The notes beneath the pieces were generated by a model. It did no database searches, was not told where the DNA came from, and saw only the letters and a list, made by a program, of their open reading frames with translations. Position numbers and translations under genes: made by a program. Shown one piece after another: positions 48,150-60,900 of a DNA stretch of 64,000 nt. The stretch spans positions 8,308,001 to 8,372,000 of the forward strand of contig NC_092680.1 in assembly GCF_964355755.1 (NCBI RefSeq). Direction: 5' to 3'. The stretch is from Antedon mediterranea. Taxonomy: Eukaryota > Animalia > Echinodermata. The stretch's first letter is position 1, and each line of letters begins with the position of its first letter.

Positions 48150-51100
48150 TATTAACTGGAGTTGAAGTTTGTTCCTTGTTTTTAGTCGCGTGGACGCGAC
48201 TCAATAGTTCACTCTGTCGGTCTGTCTGTCTGTCGGTCCGGTATTACTATGCGTTTTATCGCTTTTCTGTACTTTTTGAACTGTTTTGATGTACATTACT
48301 TTTTGAAAGTTCATTTTTTTTCTGAGAGCACGCGACTTATGGCTGTTGGCCTTGTTGTAGGTAAGATAGGAAAATATTGTATTACTCTTAACTACTCGGC
48401 GTTTACATTCTACACAATACACATTAAACAATTGAGGGCGACATTAAAAAAAAAAATCTGTGTAAATATGTGATAATATTTTTGCTTAACTAAACCTATC
48501 GGTTCATGCTTTAAGCAAAATCAACTAAAATAGATTTAGATCAGAATACTCAGAAGAGAACATATACGGTACATTTATTGAAATCACAAATAGTTATTTT
48601 AATAATAATAATCATTAAAAACTGCTTCTGTGTGTTCGTGTCGTTGCGTACAGTTTCTTCAATTAATAATATCACTTAATATTTTTTATTTAAAACCGCG
48701 AAATTAAGTTATTATTTATTGCCATAATCATACAACCAACGATATTATAATTTAGTTGTTATTGTATTTCATTTCTATGAATCCGAAAAATAAATATAGA
48801 GGGCGTACTTTTGAAAACATTCTTCTACGTGTCACTCAAGCGGAACAGAACTGCTTGCGCGTTAACATATTCAATAGGTACCTACACACTCGTGAAAGTA
48901 CTAAATTTTCAAACAAAAATAAAAAGTGGAATATAGTTCACTTTTGTTATTGGCAATCTTAATAAACTCGATACAGTTAGGTTTAAAGTTTACTAGGCCT
49001 AGCTGCTCGTTAAATAATGCAAGCATTGATTTGCATTGAGTACCTTGACTCAAGGACGGAATACAGTGTTGAGGAAGCTCACCGCTTAGTTAACCTACAT
49101 TCATAATAGTAAACCAACACTACAACTTAAATAAACTGTACTATAGAATTATCTTGGAATCTCACATATCAACAAAACGATTGGAAAAATGGAAAAAAAA
49201 AGTATTTTCCACCCAGCGGAGACACGTAACACAAAGCAGCAGTACTGTCATGGGGCAAATATTTTAATCCAATCCCCGATCCAATCTAATGATGACAATT
49301 CGGTTGCATTTACATGTTACCTACTATTACATACATCGTATTGAAATATTTTAATTTAGGTTTCATACTTACTCATTATTAGTAATATTCATTTCATTTA
49401 TAAGTTACAAAACCATTCATTTTAATAATATTTTTCAAGTTTGAAATGTTTCTTTATATTTTGTACTAAGGAAGAAAAGAGAGGTGCACGTTGCAACCCA
49501 TTGATTTGCTGAGTTAGGACTTCAACCATCCTGCCTTTTTGCCTATATCCGATCCCCACCACTCGTCGTAAATCCGTCACAGTTGTCTTTCGCTTTATAA
49601 ACCCCACAAAGGAGTTAGCATAGACTTTGTGTTCATATCTAAAAAAAAATGTTTGACCACTACATCTCTAATATGTTGTTGTTGTTTGAATTATTGGAAT
49701 CTATTGAAGCTTTAAAAAAACTTGGTATGGGAATTTCATGTTTCAGGCACGCGGTTTATTATTAGCACCAGTCGTAATTATTATTACAATTGTTTATGAT
49801 AATAGCGAGTACCAGTCGAAGTCCCTATTTTCCATTCCATGTGTTGGCCTATTCCCTGTTTTTTTTTAAAGTCTATTAGATGTCTTGCATGATAAATTTA
49901 TCTTCCAATGATTAGAAAAGAATTTTTATATTATTATATTATTACTACTATATTGTAAAAATAAGTATTTTGGCTGTCGTATTCTCCATGTATCTTATAT
50001 ACAATTCAATGACAATTTCGAAGAAATATGTATAATCCTTGTAATTAAACATCCCGTCCCATGATACTTGTGGGAGTTGATACCTCTTAGAGGTACATGC
50101 GAAGTTTCCTATCTGGATTAATAAGTGACTTATAGTACCGTGCCTTGCGTGCATGGGTTAGTTATAATGTCTACTAGAGTGAATATAAACACTTAACTAG
50201 GACCCACAGGTCAAAAAACCAGGTTTAAAATGCCGCTCGACAAATTCTGTAATTTTCAAAAACATTTCTTGTTGAAGTAAATCTCCTTTCTGTAATTACC
50301 GTACGGTTCCCATGGTTCGTTTTAAGTCGTATATTTAAGGATTTGCAACACGCATACGAATTTTTTCACAATCATTAGTAGGTTTAACAGCATTAATTGT
50401 AGACGTTAATGAACTTTAGAATTAGAAGAGATCTGTTGTCATAAATATTTATTTAAAAAATACAATTTTATAATTAGGTCAAATTAAAAAATGAAATTTG
50501 CAAATAATTAGCCAAGTATATACACACTTCCTCGTGTTTTACCTAATTCTATTATCCGGATGGATAAACCTCTGTTTATGGATAGTATTCCCGGAGGATT
50601 GTGAACAAGAAGTCCAGGTAATCAGGTAATGAATAAGATAGAAGTAGGAAAACTTCAATTTCCATATAGGCAAACTTATTAAACAACTTCCAGCTTTTAC
50701 ATGTGACATAACGCAGTCACGCTACCGTTTTCTTAATAAACAAGGCTTGAAAAACGTGCACTGGAGTTCCGATTGCGGTGTCGGCGCAGGTTATCTTATA
50801 CGAACATTCATCACGTGACTTTATTGTTTCAAAAAAAATCAAAGCGCGTCCGATCCGACGGCTGTTGTGAATATACTTTATACAAACAGGTAAATACTTC
50901 TCTCAAGGTGTCCCGTTTGCAGTTTACCTAAATAAACTAGTTAATTTCCGAGTCAGTTCTTTGATCTAGCCTACAGTTACTTTCATTTTAAAGTCTAGCT
51001 TATTTGATCACATCAAACATTGTGCTCCAATATTCAAATTGAGGTATTAAGAGGTTAAGCAAGGAAGAGTGAACTCTTTCGTCGGTTAAGGATGATTTTT

Positions 51101-51175
51101 GGAAATTCGACAACGTCGGGTTTGGTAACATGCTTGAAATATTCATAAATGCCATATTTACATACTCAGTCTCAG

Positions 51176-51336
51176 AAGCTCTGTCTACACTATCAAACTA
51201 GTTTGACAAAAAAGGTGTGATGTACACAAATATGTGGTGATATAGCCAAATATGGTAGTGATATGATATCATCATGTCCATATTTGGGCACATCACATTT
51301 TTTGTCGCATAAAGTTTGATAGTGTAGACAGAGCTT
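51176..51336. mobile_element. MITE, probably PIF/Harbinger-like
   Basis: Perfect 24-bp TIR aagctctgtctacactatcaaact / agtttgatagtgtagacagagctt, with imperfect symmetry continuing inward. Confidence 0.85.
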
Positions 51337-53469
51337 TACTCTTCCCTGGTTTACCCCATGATTTGCACAGAAGGCACAATTTGACAGTATTCTAACACTG
51401 GTGCTCTGTGGTCAGCGTGTTATAGGATGAAAACAACTAGCTAAATTACGTCAATCAAGTCAATCAACATATAGTATAAAACATCGTTGGGTGATCGTTT
51501 GACGTCCGTATGACAACTAGCGTGTCACACCAAAGTACAAATAAACTCACGAGATGGTTCATCAGCTGTATTGGGCTTCTGTTAGGAAGGATGACGTGGT
51601 GCGTTAAAACCACATTAATTCAGTTTTTAGGGAAGTTAAACAGGTGCACACAGTGTGTACACGAAAAATTATTTTAATGAATTTTCTTTATAAATTAATA
51701 CATACAAATCTTGCTTGGAAATGCAATGGTAGGTTAAATAAGTATTAATAGTGAGGATAATATAATTTTGTATTATTATATCATTTTCGTAAACAATGAA
51801 GATCATCGTTTTTCCACTTTTCCATTTTGTATTTTCTGCCTCAAATTTAATTTTTAAAACAGCAAAATAAGTGTATAGTAGACACTATAGGCAGTTGTTA
51901 GATTGCCTCGGTGTAGATTACAAAATTTCTTTTTTGATTAAGCTAATTTAATTAAATGGAGTAGGCCTACTTTTTGGAATCCACACAACCTACGCCTAAG
52001 CTATGAAATTCTTTGAAGAACAAATAGTGTAGTTTATCATTGGTATTGCTAATCATGGCTGCAAAATTAACTTTTAGTTAAATTTATCTAAATATTTTTT
52101 TTGAATCTTTATAAACCATTTCACAGAAATACTATTTACGTTAGAATAATGTGTTTAGTTGAAAGTCTGACTGGAGTGAACTCTGTCATCGATATAATTG
52201 GAAACGAATTGGCAATGACAATGGGACACCATAGGTCACATTTTTGTATGCTTTCTATGCTTTTCAAATGTGCTTTAATCTAATTTGATTCTATGGTTGA
52301 ATCAGAAAACGTACTATTTCTAATATTGGTCATGGCCTGTTGTGTGTTTGGTACACCTGGGAAATAAAAGAAGACATTTGGTACAAGCCTCGTCTAATTT
52401 GAATAAGTTCACAGAAGAGGTGCTGATTGATACATTGTGTGATTTAAATACCCACGAAACAGAAATGATGAGACTAATGTCCGTCAGATCAGCCTTAACA
52501 TATTAAAATTCAAATAAATGCATATACACGTGCAAACATGTACATCTATTTGACAGTATAACATCAAACACATGTGGTATAGAAGTGGGTAGGGGAAAGG
52601 TCTAGTAAATATACATATTAGTGATAGTAACCCCTGAAACCTGTTTATTCTTCAGGGTTTCCCTTAGAGGATATTCTAGGTTAAGTTAAAATTGTATGGT
52701 GCAGCGGTGTTAACGTGGTGGGTTAATATCAACATACATAGTAAAACAAGTGATACACCGAGGTACTGTAGCTAGAACTACTGTACGCATGCGTAAATGG
52801 GATAAACTATTAATTGTCAACTCGAAAGGAACGATGCGAATGGTATTGATTTAAGTATGTGCTATAACGAAATCCACGTACTTTGGTAAGGGGTGAATGG
52901 AATTACTATTTTGAAAGTATATTTCCAAGGGCAAAATATGAATAACTGACTAATAGCATTAAGAAAACTATCCATTTTAATCTCAAATCAAATGAAGCAC
53001 TCTGCTTTTCTTAGGAGAAATCACTTCAACAATGTTATGATTTCTTCATCCAATCAGATTATCATCAGTGACAAAAAAGATCAGTAACTTCAATTTGGAA
53101 CTTGGAACGGACCGAACGGTTTCGGTTCTTCAAGCCCCTTAGATACCTCACAAGTACCGTTTTTTGAGAGCAAAGGAAAAGGATAACACTATCAATGATT
53201 TTAAATACCTAATTTGTGTCAATATTTTGATAACAACAATTACACTCGGGACCGTTTATTGCGATTGCCTTTCATGTACCGGTACAGTGTGTCATTTTCT
53301 TTAAATAAGAAATCGTTTCGATGAACTTTTTCATCACGATTAAACATAATTACATTATTAATGTCATTAGATAAATGCAACCTTATTCATGTAAGCAGAC
53401 TCCAAATGTTCGAAATAAAGAAACGCCGTTTACGCAACATTTCGATGATAAGAATTTTATGACGCGATA

Positions 53470-53637
53470 TGAATGAAATGTTTTGAATGAAATGCTTTAA
53501 ATTGAATGTTTTATTTTAAATGTTTTGAATTGAAATGTTTTGCATGAAATGTTTTGAATGAAATGTTTTGAATGAAATGTTTTGAATAAAATGTTTTGAA
53601 TGAAATGTTTTGAATGAATTTAATTGAATGCTTTGAA
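53470..53637. repeat. 14-bp tandem repeat (gaatgaaatgtttt)n
   Basis: About 11 imperfect copies. Confidence 0.9.
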
Positions 53638-53684
53638 AAGTCATTCAAATATGGCACGCCAGGACGGACATAACTATGTCAAGT

Positions 53685-54945
53685 TGACCTCGCTCGTGTT
53701 ATGTAGACATCGCTCGTGTTGAGTTTACACATCGCTCGTGTTATGGAGACATCGCTCTAGTTGAGTTTACACATCGCTCGTGTTAAGTTTACACGTCACG
53801 CGTGTTGAGTTTTTACACATCGCGCGTGTTGAGTTTTTACACATCGCGCGTGTTGAGTTTTTACACATCGCGCGTGTTGAGTTTTACACATCGTGCGTGT
53901 TGAGTTTTTACACATCGCGCGTGTTGAGTTTTTACACATCGCGCGTATCGACTTTATACACACATCGCACGTGTTGAGTTTTTACGCATCTCTCAAGCAT
54001 AGTAATGTCAGAATTTTTATTTATTCTTTTAGCCAGTTTTATTGCATATTTTAACTAATTATTGGTACCTGTATAATGTAATGTTTATAGTACTTTTGAT
54101 GTTATTATGCCTATAGGCCTATGTTGCTTTTAAAATGTTTTATCCCTGTAGTATTCAAGTCTGTTTTTAATATATTGTTTTAAATAATATATTAATATTG
54201 TTTATAGTAATAATTTTATTAATATACATTTTAAAATTTTGAAAATGTACTCATATTATTTCCATTTTAATTGGCAAAATAAAATTGAATCTTGAATCAT
54301 CATTAGAGAGGAGGCGTGGCTAGAATGTCCAGTTCGTCCCTTTTTCTCTTACTTGTCATCAGAGAGTAGAAATCAGAGTAGAAATGGCGTTTAATGAATA
54401 CACTAAAGGAATCATAGATCTATTGGGTGAATTTATTAGATTAAATGATTCATTTATTACTAATTATGCCCAGGCCCAGCAAGCCTAGAAGGCCTGGTGT
54501 AAAAATCAGAGCCTAAGGCCTATGCTAGCCTAGCTAGGCCTATAGCCTAGGCCTGACCCAGTCTCATGACAGAAATTATGCCTAGCTAGGAGGCAGGGAG
54601 GGCCTAATAATAGTAAACTCGATATGCCGCGATGTGTAAAACTCAACACGCGCGATGTGTAAAAACTCGATATGCGCACTCAACACGCGCGATGTGTAAA
54701 ACTCAACACGCGCGATGTGTAAAAACTCGATACGCGCGATGTGTAAAAACTCAACACGCGCGACGTGTAAAAACTCAACACGCGCGACGTGTATAAACTC
54801 AACACGAGCGATGTCTCCATAACACGAGCGATGTGTATACTGAACTCGAGCGATATCTCCATAACACGAGTGATGTGTAAACTCAACTCGAGCGATGTCT
54901 CCATAACACGAGCGATGTTTTTAACTCAACTCGAGCGATGTCATG
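53685..54945. mobile_element. Foldback-type element with arms built from 20-23-bp tandem subrepeats
   Basis: Left arm 53685-53990 (acacatcgcgcgtgttgagttttt and acatcgctcgtgttatggag units) is mirrored in inverted orientation at 54614-54945, around a non-coding spacer of about 620 bp. Confidence 0.8.
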
Positions 54946-57900
54946 ACAAAACTCAACCAATCACTGATGAACCTAAAAGTACACCTTTATTTTAGCATTG
55001 TCCGTGAAAACATTATTGATAACAGACTAAACAATATAGACCTAAACCACAAACTTTTCTTATATGTTCTGAATCAAATGAATAATTGTATTTAAAAAAG
55101 TTCCATATTTTTTAACAACTGTAAACTTTAATTGTTTAAGTTCCTCACATAAAAAAAACAATCTTGGCAGTTCCAAAAGACTTCAACTTGCTTATTAATT
55201 TCATGTCTCCAAAACAATTTCCCAAACATACATTTTAATCTAATAGGCCTATTTGAGAAAATTCTAAATGCTTATTACGTGCCAATGTTTCTATTTTTCT
55301 TTTTTAGCTTATAAATTACATGTAGAACAAAGATTTTAAATTAACTTAGAGGAGTTTCGATTTCTTTTCTTGCTTGCATGTTATAAATTACGTTTTTATT
55401 TAAGATTAAATGTTTTTGAAATGATGAATATTTCTCCAAAGTTTTCTTTCATGCAAAATAATTAATCAAGTTACTGTTCAATGAAAATGAAAAGTTACTT
55501 TAAATTAGCCAGAGTCATATATAATCTACCAAAACAAAAATATCGTTCTCTAAAATTATGATAAACATTGGAAAACAATTGTGTTTGTTTTCTTCAATAA
55601 AAATAAATGTTATTCCATAAATTATGGGAAAAACAACGGCACAATTAATCTATAGATAGAAAGCAATAAATTATTAGGCCTACTACTAATAATAAGATAA
55701 CAATAAAAAAAAAGTTAATGTTTCATCAAAATACACATATTTTAAGTTGAATTCACTGTAATTCTAAAAATAAAATTACTGACTATCAAATTACTTTAAT
55801 ATTATTTGATGTTTTGATCCTTCTGTTAGAGTTGTGCCCTAATGACTTAGACTAATCTTAACGATCAGTCCTACATTTCACGAATGAAAGTACAACCGTC
55901 AAGAACAAGATTCTATTTATCATTTTGTTGTGTCCGGATATTCTTTGGATTTAAAGCTTATTACCTGTCTTTATATGTAATTGATTGATGTCGGAGTCTC
56001 CTTAAATGAAATGAAAACATTAGTACACGCCAAATTACAGTTGAAAAATTGGTTGTTGGAATGAAGATCAATAAAAACATTGAACAGATAAGTACAGTAT
56101 TATATTAGGCAATTGTTTGTTTAACATATCGTGGATGAACTGTAATTATTTATAAAGGAATGCATGTTGTTTTGTTGTCAGTTTTCTTTTAAACTAGTAT
56201 TTATATGGAAATTGTAATCTCAATTTTCATATTGTAAGTAACATTTAAATGTGACATGCGTGTGACCTTTGGTCCCGCTTTAGTAGAGCACATGTATACA
56301 TTTCCGTATTGAATTGACCCGTTCTGACCCATGACTTTCATGGTAATTGAACCGCAAATGTTGTTCTGACTTTTCTTTGACAAATGCCCGCGTCCTGGGA
56401 AAATAATAAAGATGATATCGTTACAACGATCATAGGTTAAATTTCAACAGATATATGCACAACAGGCGAAAATGTAACTTAAAAATGAAATGTATTATTG
56501 CTTGCGTCATACCCTACGTACGACATAGGCCTATGTTGCGCCACGGCTTTTTACAATATTATTCACCGATAATAGAAGTGAAAGGAACGTTACTTTTTTA
56601 TGATGATAAGATCTGATCTGTACCTGACAATGTCAGGCGGTTTGAATTGAAAAATATATCAGGAGTAAATAATGGCAACTCTGCATTGCCTACAGTACAT
56701 ACAACGTCATATACTGTAATTGGTCTACTAATTAAAAAAACTGCTATACAAAATAGTCATAAGTTGTTTTCAATTTGTATTTTACAAATAAGGAATTCAC
56801 CAGAGGGATAATGGTTTAAACCAAATTTTAAAAACATTTCTAAAAGATATCATTCTTTAAATTAGATAACGTTTGTAATATAGTAGATATATACGTCGTT
56901 TAATTTCAAATGATATTCTACCGTGTGTCATGTACGTGGTCTTTTGGTAAGTTCCAATTGGATAGAAGTTATGGTTACAGATTTTTTTTGCTCAGAAATG
57001 TGTATATAAGATCTATTTATAACCGATTAACATACTAATTTTATACTTATTATTGTACTGATTATTATCTTCGTCTTACAAATTTTTTATAAGTAACTAT
57101 TGGATATTTTGCCTGTTTCATTTCTGTAAGAAACTTGCACATCAGTGGTTAATTTTGCTTATTGGTAATATCTAATAACGTGAAAAATGTGGCAGTTGCC
57201 ATCGTCGAGCATGGCTCTCAATGGCTCGCTGAAATAAAATACAGCGGCAGCTGCAAAGAGAGGTGTCCGGCATGAAACATCAGACAGTGTGAAAAGGTTA
57301 CGCCCAAATGAGTTGAGGTTCACTGTATAGGTCCCACGTGATTTTCTGTCAAATAAATATTAATATTATAATACCGTTCCTAGCAGTGCATTCATTCTTG
57401 AAATGATGACGTCATTGATTAAATGTGTTTAACATCAACGCGTAAGCTGCACGTGCTAGAACGCACACATTCATTATTAAGTGTAATCATTTGAAAGATC
57501 AAACCTATTAAATTCTCTGTATTAAAATGTGTTTTATGGTTCATATTTTAACACAAACTAATAATTTGAGTTCAGTTTGGTTTAACGGTCCGTTTAAAAT
57601 AGCAATTGCTCCTAATAATAAAATAATAAATAACTTTAAACGATACACACGTAACGTAATTGGAACGTATTTTAAAACAATGTGTGAAAAGAAACACAAT
57701 AATACAATACGATACAGGCGTTTAATGATTACATGTTTAAGCTTACCTTGAACAACATTTAGAAATTTAATTAATAATTATTATTATTGAATATTGTATA
57801 TGTATAAATCTATTCCATTTAAACCTATATTATCGTGGTTTTAGTCATGTTTCACTTTTGACCTTAAAGTTTTAAACGAGGTTCGTTGTCTTCTTTCGGT

Positions 57901-60900
57901 CTGAAAATAATGCAGGACGATTCATACTGTTAATAAAAATTGATAGAAATACGAAGCGATTTATACAAATAACAATTTAGTTTAATCAAGTAATGTCTTT
58001 GACAAATAATCTTGAACTGTAAGGATATTTCCTAATGTGTCAAACGTATTATGGTTTCTTTCTTGTATAGATGAAGATTTCCGCAACTGTCTTCTACTAA
58101 TTGTGAGTTTGACAAAATAGAAATTGTTTTCATTGGCTCTAAGAAATAGAAATAGAGTAATTAGTGGAAAATGTAAAAATAACATGTTAATACTACACAT
58201 TTTTTCATTGCTGTTTTTTATTGCTATTAAAGAGGTGCATGCTTTAATAAAAAATCGATATTTGTATACAAACTGTAGGCTAAATGAATGTTGGTATTTT
58301 GTATTATCAATTTTATTATGTTTAATCAGTATCAGTATATATCTTTATTCATCCCTCATGGGGGAAATTAATAAAAGAAGGAGATGGATTACATCATCGT
58401 ACAATAAAAAGTACAAATTACAACATCAAATATAAAATATAAAAATCGTAGCATTATAAAATGTTTAAATTAATGTTTAAAAAATTGTTTAAGTTAATAT
58501 GTTTCTTTGTAGTATCTGTCGAAATAAAATAAAATTAATATACGCCCATTTAGAGTAAAATAATTTATATTTAGGCCTATAAATAAAAAATAAATTTCGT
58601 TTGTCTTCTATTTTTATTTTATTTATTTTTTTATTTATTCAAATTCTCACTGTGCTTGTACGTTTGTCCTTTTTTGTTTTTGTTCTGCAAGTTAATAAAC
58701 ATTAATTATATATTATATTTTTTCTCAGCTGACCATTCTGACACAAGTTTATCGGAAACTTTTCAATTTGTTACTTTCATGGTATTTAGCATTTTTAAAA
58801 TAAGTATCTTATCTTATTACTTTGAATTTTCTGAACGCAATCGTTTGCCTAAACGACCACTTTTCCATAGAGTCTTACACATTTTATCACCTTCTTATTG
58901 TTGACATCGTTCCAAATCGATCAAAATTCAGATGGTACACAACAATTGTCTTTGTTTCTTGGAAATTCTAATTGTTCGTTCCTAGACACGGAAACGAACT
59001 CCATCGGCACATAATTCAAACTAATGGAGTTTCAATTTTAGCAGAAAGTTATTTAGACTTCATAAGACTTTCAACAAGTAGAAATAACATATCTGATTCT
59101 AGAGCAAATAACCTCATTACGTCATTAAAATACCATAACGTATTGCTAATTATTATGTGACATCACTGGTATGCAACTGTACGAAAACCCTAAGTATAGC
59201 ATTCTGACTTAAATAAAAGGCATTTGCTATTGACTGCATGGCCTATATACTCTGTTTTCATCGTTATATAGATGTGATGATTCGATTTAGTACAAATAAT
59301 ATCATATATACATTAGCAAGTAATATGCCTATTTTCTTTTGACCGATGTGGTTTACTCTAAAACAGTTTAACTGATGACGACATGATAACGTCAGTACTT
59401 CCTAAATTTAGTTTTTGGAAACCTTGATATAGTCAACAGTACATTTTCCAGTTTTTTCATTTAGATAATGAAATGGTAGGTAAGGTTATTACTGTACCTA
59501 TTTTCTTGTTTAAGATAAAACTAATACTGTATGTTTTTTCTTGACATTGACCTTTGTGATTGGACGGAAGTTGTAATCCCCAGAGGTTAGTACACTATCT
59601 AGTTACGTGTCTTGGGATGTTCTATTTTCACTACATTATATTCGATGTGAAATATAAATATATGCAGACTTGTGTAAACAAATTGTCATGTATATCGAGT
59701 TGTAGGCCTACAGTCCTATTTCGTTCTAGGTTCACTGATGGAAAATGTTTATTTTGCAGTAGTAAACATTTATCATCATAGAAGTCATTATGTTACTTGA
59801 AAAATGAAATTACTTTATGAATAAATTTTGTTTATTTAGTAAAAAGTATTTAACAGTAATAATTTATTTTTGTTCAACAATTTAAAAAAGATTTTGCTTG
59901 CTCGATTAATCTCTCTTTATGCACATACACGATGTTTTCTTCAAAATTTAGTACAGTATCATTCTATTATCAAACGTAGATAACTGTCTTCCGAGTATCA
60001 TTTGAAATAACCCAATTGAGATTAGACTTGTAATTCTGTAGAAATAAGTTTGATATCATTGAATCAACTGTGATTGTCAAATAATGTAGTTCTATAAATA
60101 AAATGAACTCAATAAACAATTACACCTGCATTTCAGATAAAATTAGAAAACACAGACTTTGATGCAATTTCTTTTTGCATGAAAGCTGATCTTCATCAAA
60201 GACATATAAAACTATATAAAATCTGTTTAGTTTAACATTGACCACACTTATAACTTTGCAAAATGAAACATCATCAGAAATAGACATATAAACTGACGCC
60301 TTTGAAGCATCAGGATAATTGTGACAGTTGTATAAATCAGTCAAAATAACGGTCATAAGAGCTTTGGCCATTCCCTCAAGATATCCATCCTAGATTTTAA
60401 AAATATACTCAACCTTTATAACCTTACTATTGATAAATTTTAATAAGAAAATATCTCTAGAGAGTTTCATTAGGAAGACACTGAGATAAAATGAGCATGT
60501 AAAGCATCAAGAAAAAATAGTTTATATTCAGCCCAGTGAACGTTTCATCAATCATGTTTGGGTTCAGCTCTTGCTATATTTTTCAAATAATGGTTTAGCA
60601 AATAGTGAAAGAAGAGGATTTGGGGAGAGGGGTCCCATATCACAACATTGTTGCCAAACTCGGACGTTCGAAATGTATTCATTCTGTAAAATATCTCGAT
60701 ACAATTACAATATAATATCCGTATTGTTATATAATCGACATTTCCTGATTTGCCGTCATGGCTTCATGGGCGTAGGCTACTAGGATCAACAAGCCCCATA
60801 ACGAGGGATTATCGAATGACACCAATTGAAACACTCGTGTAACCCCTCATAAAAACGATGTGATCATGTGCTCTTATAATAGAGTGCACAAGACACGTGC

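Larger units (their letters stand above)
46845..48356 (-). mobile_element. Helentron (endonuclease-encoding Helitron2-type) deletion derivative, including a complete short HINE at 48179-48356
   Basis: T run plus hairpin agtcgcgt-gg-acgcgact occurs twice (46850, 48184), each followed by a (GTCT/GTCG)n microsatellite. Distal subTIR cacgcgact at 48329, short hairpin ggctgttggcc and a TT end give DINE-1/HINE architecture. Internal ~80-bp, ~20-bp and ~55-bp tandem repeats. Confidence 0.8.

Noticed and set aside
49745-49755. aggcacgcggt resembles miR-124
   Set aside because: Only 11 nt match, the 3' half differs and there is no hairpin.
53685-54945. CRISPR-like appearance of the 20-23-bp repeats
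   Set aside because: Units are directly tandem with no unique spacers, there are no cas genes, and the context is eukaryotic.
20745-58590. Scattered MEF2-site-like YTA(W)4TAR words
   Set aside because: Expected by chance in very AT-rich DNA and not clustered.
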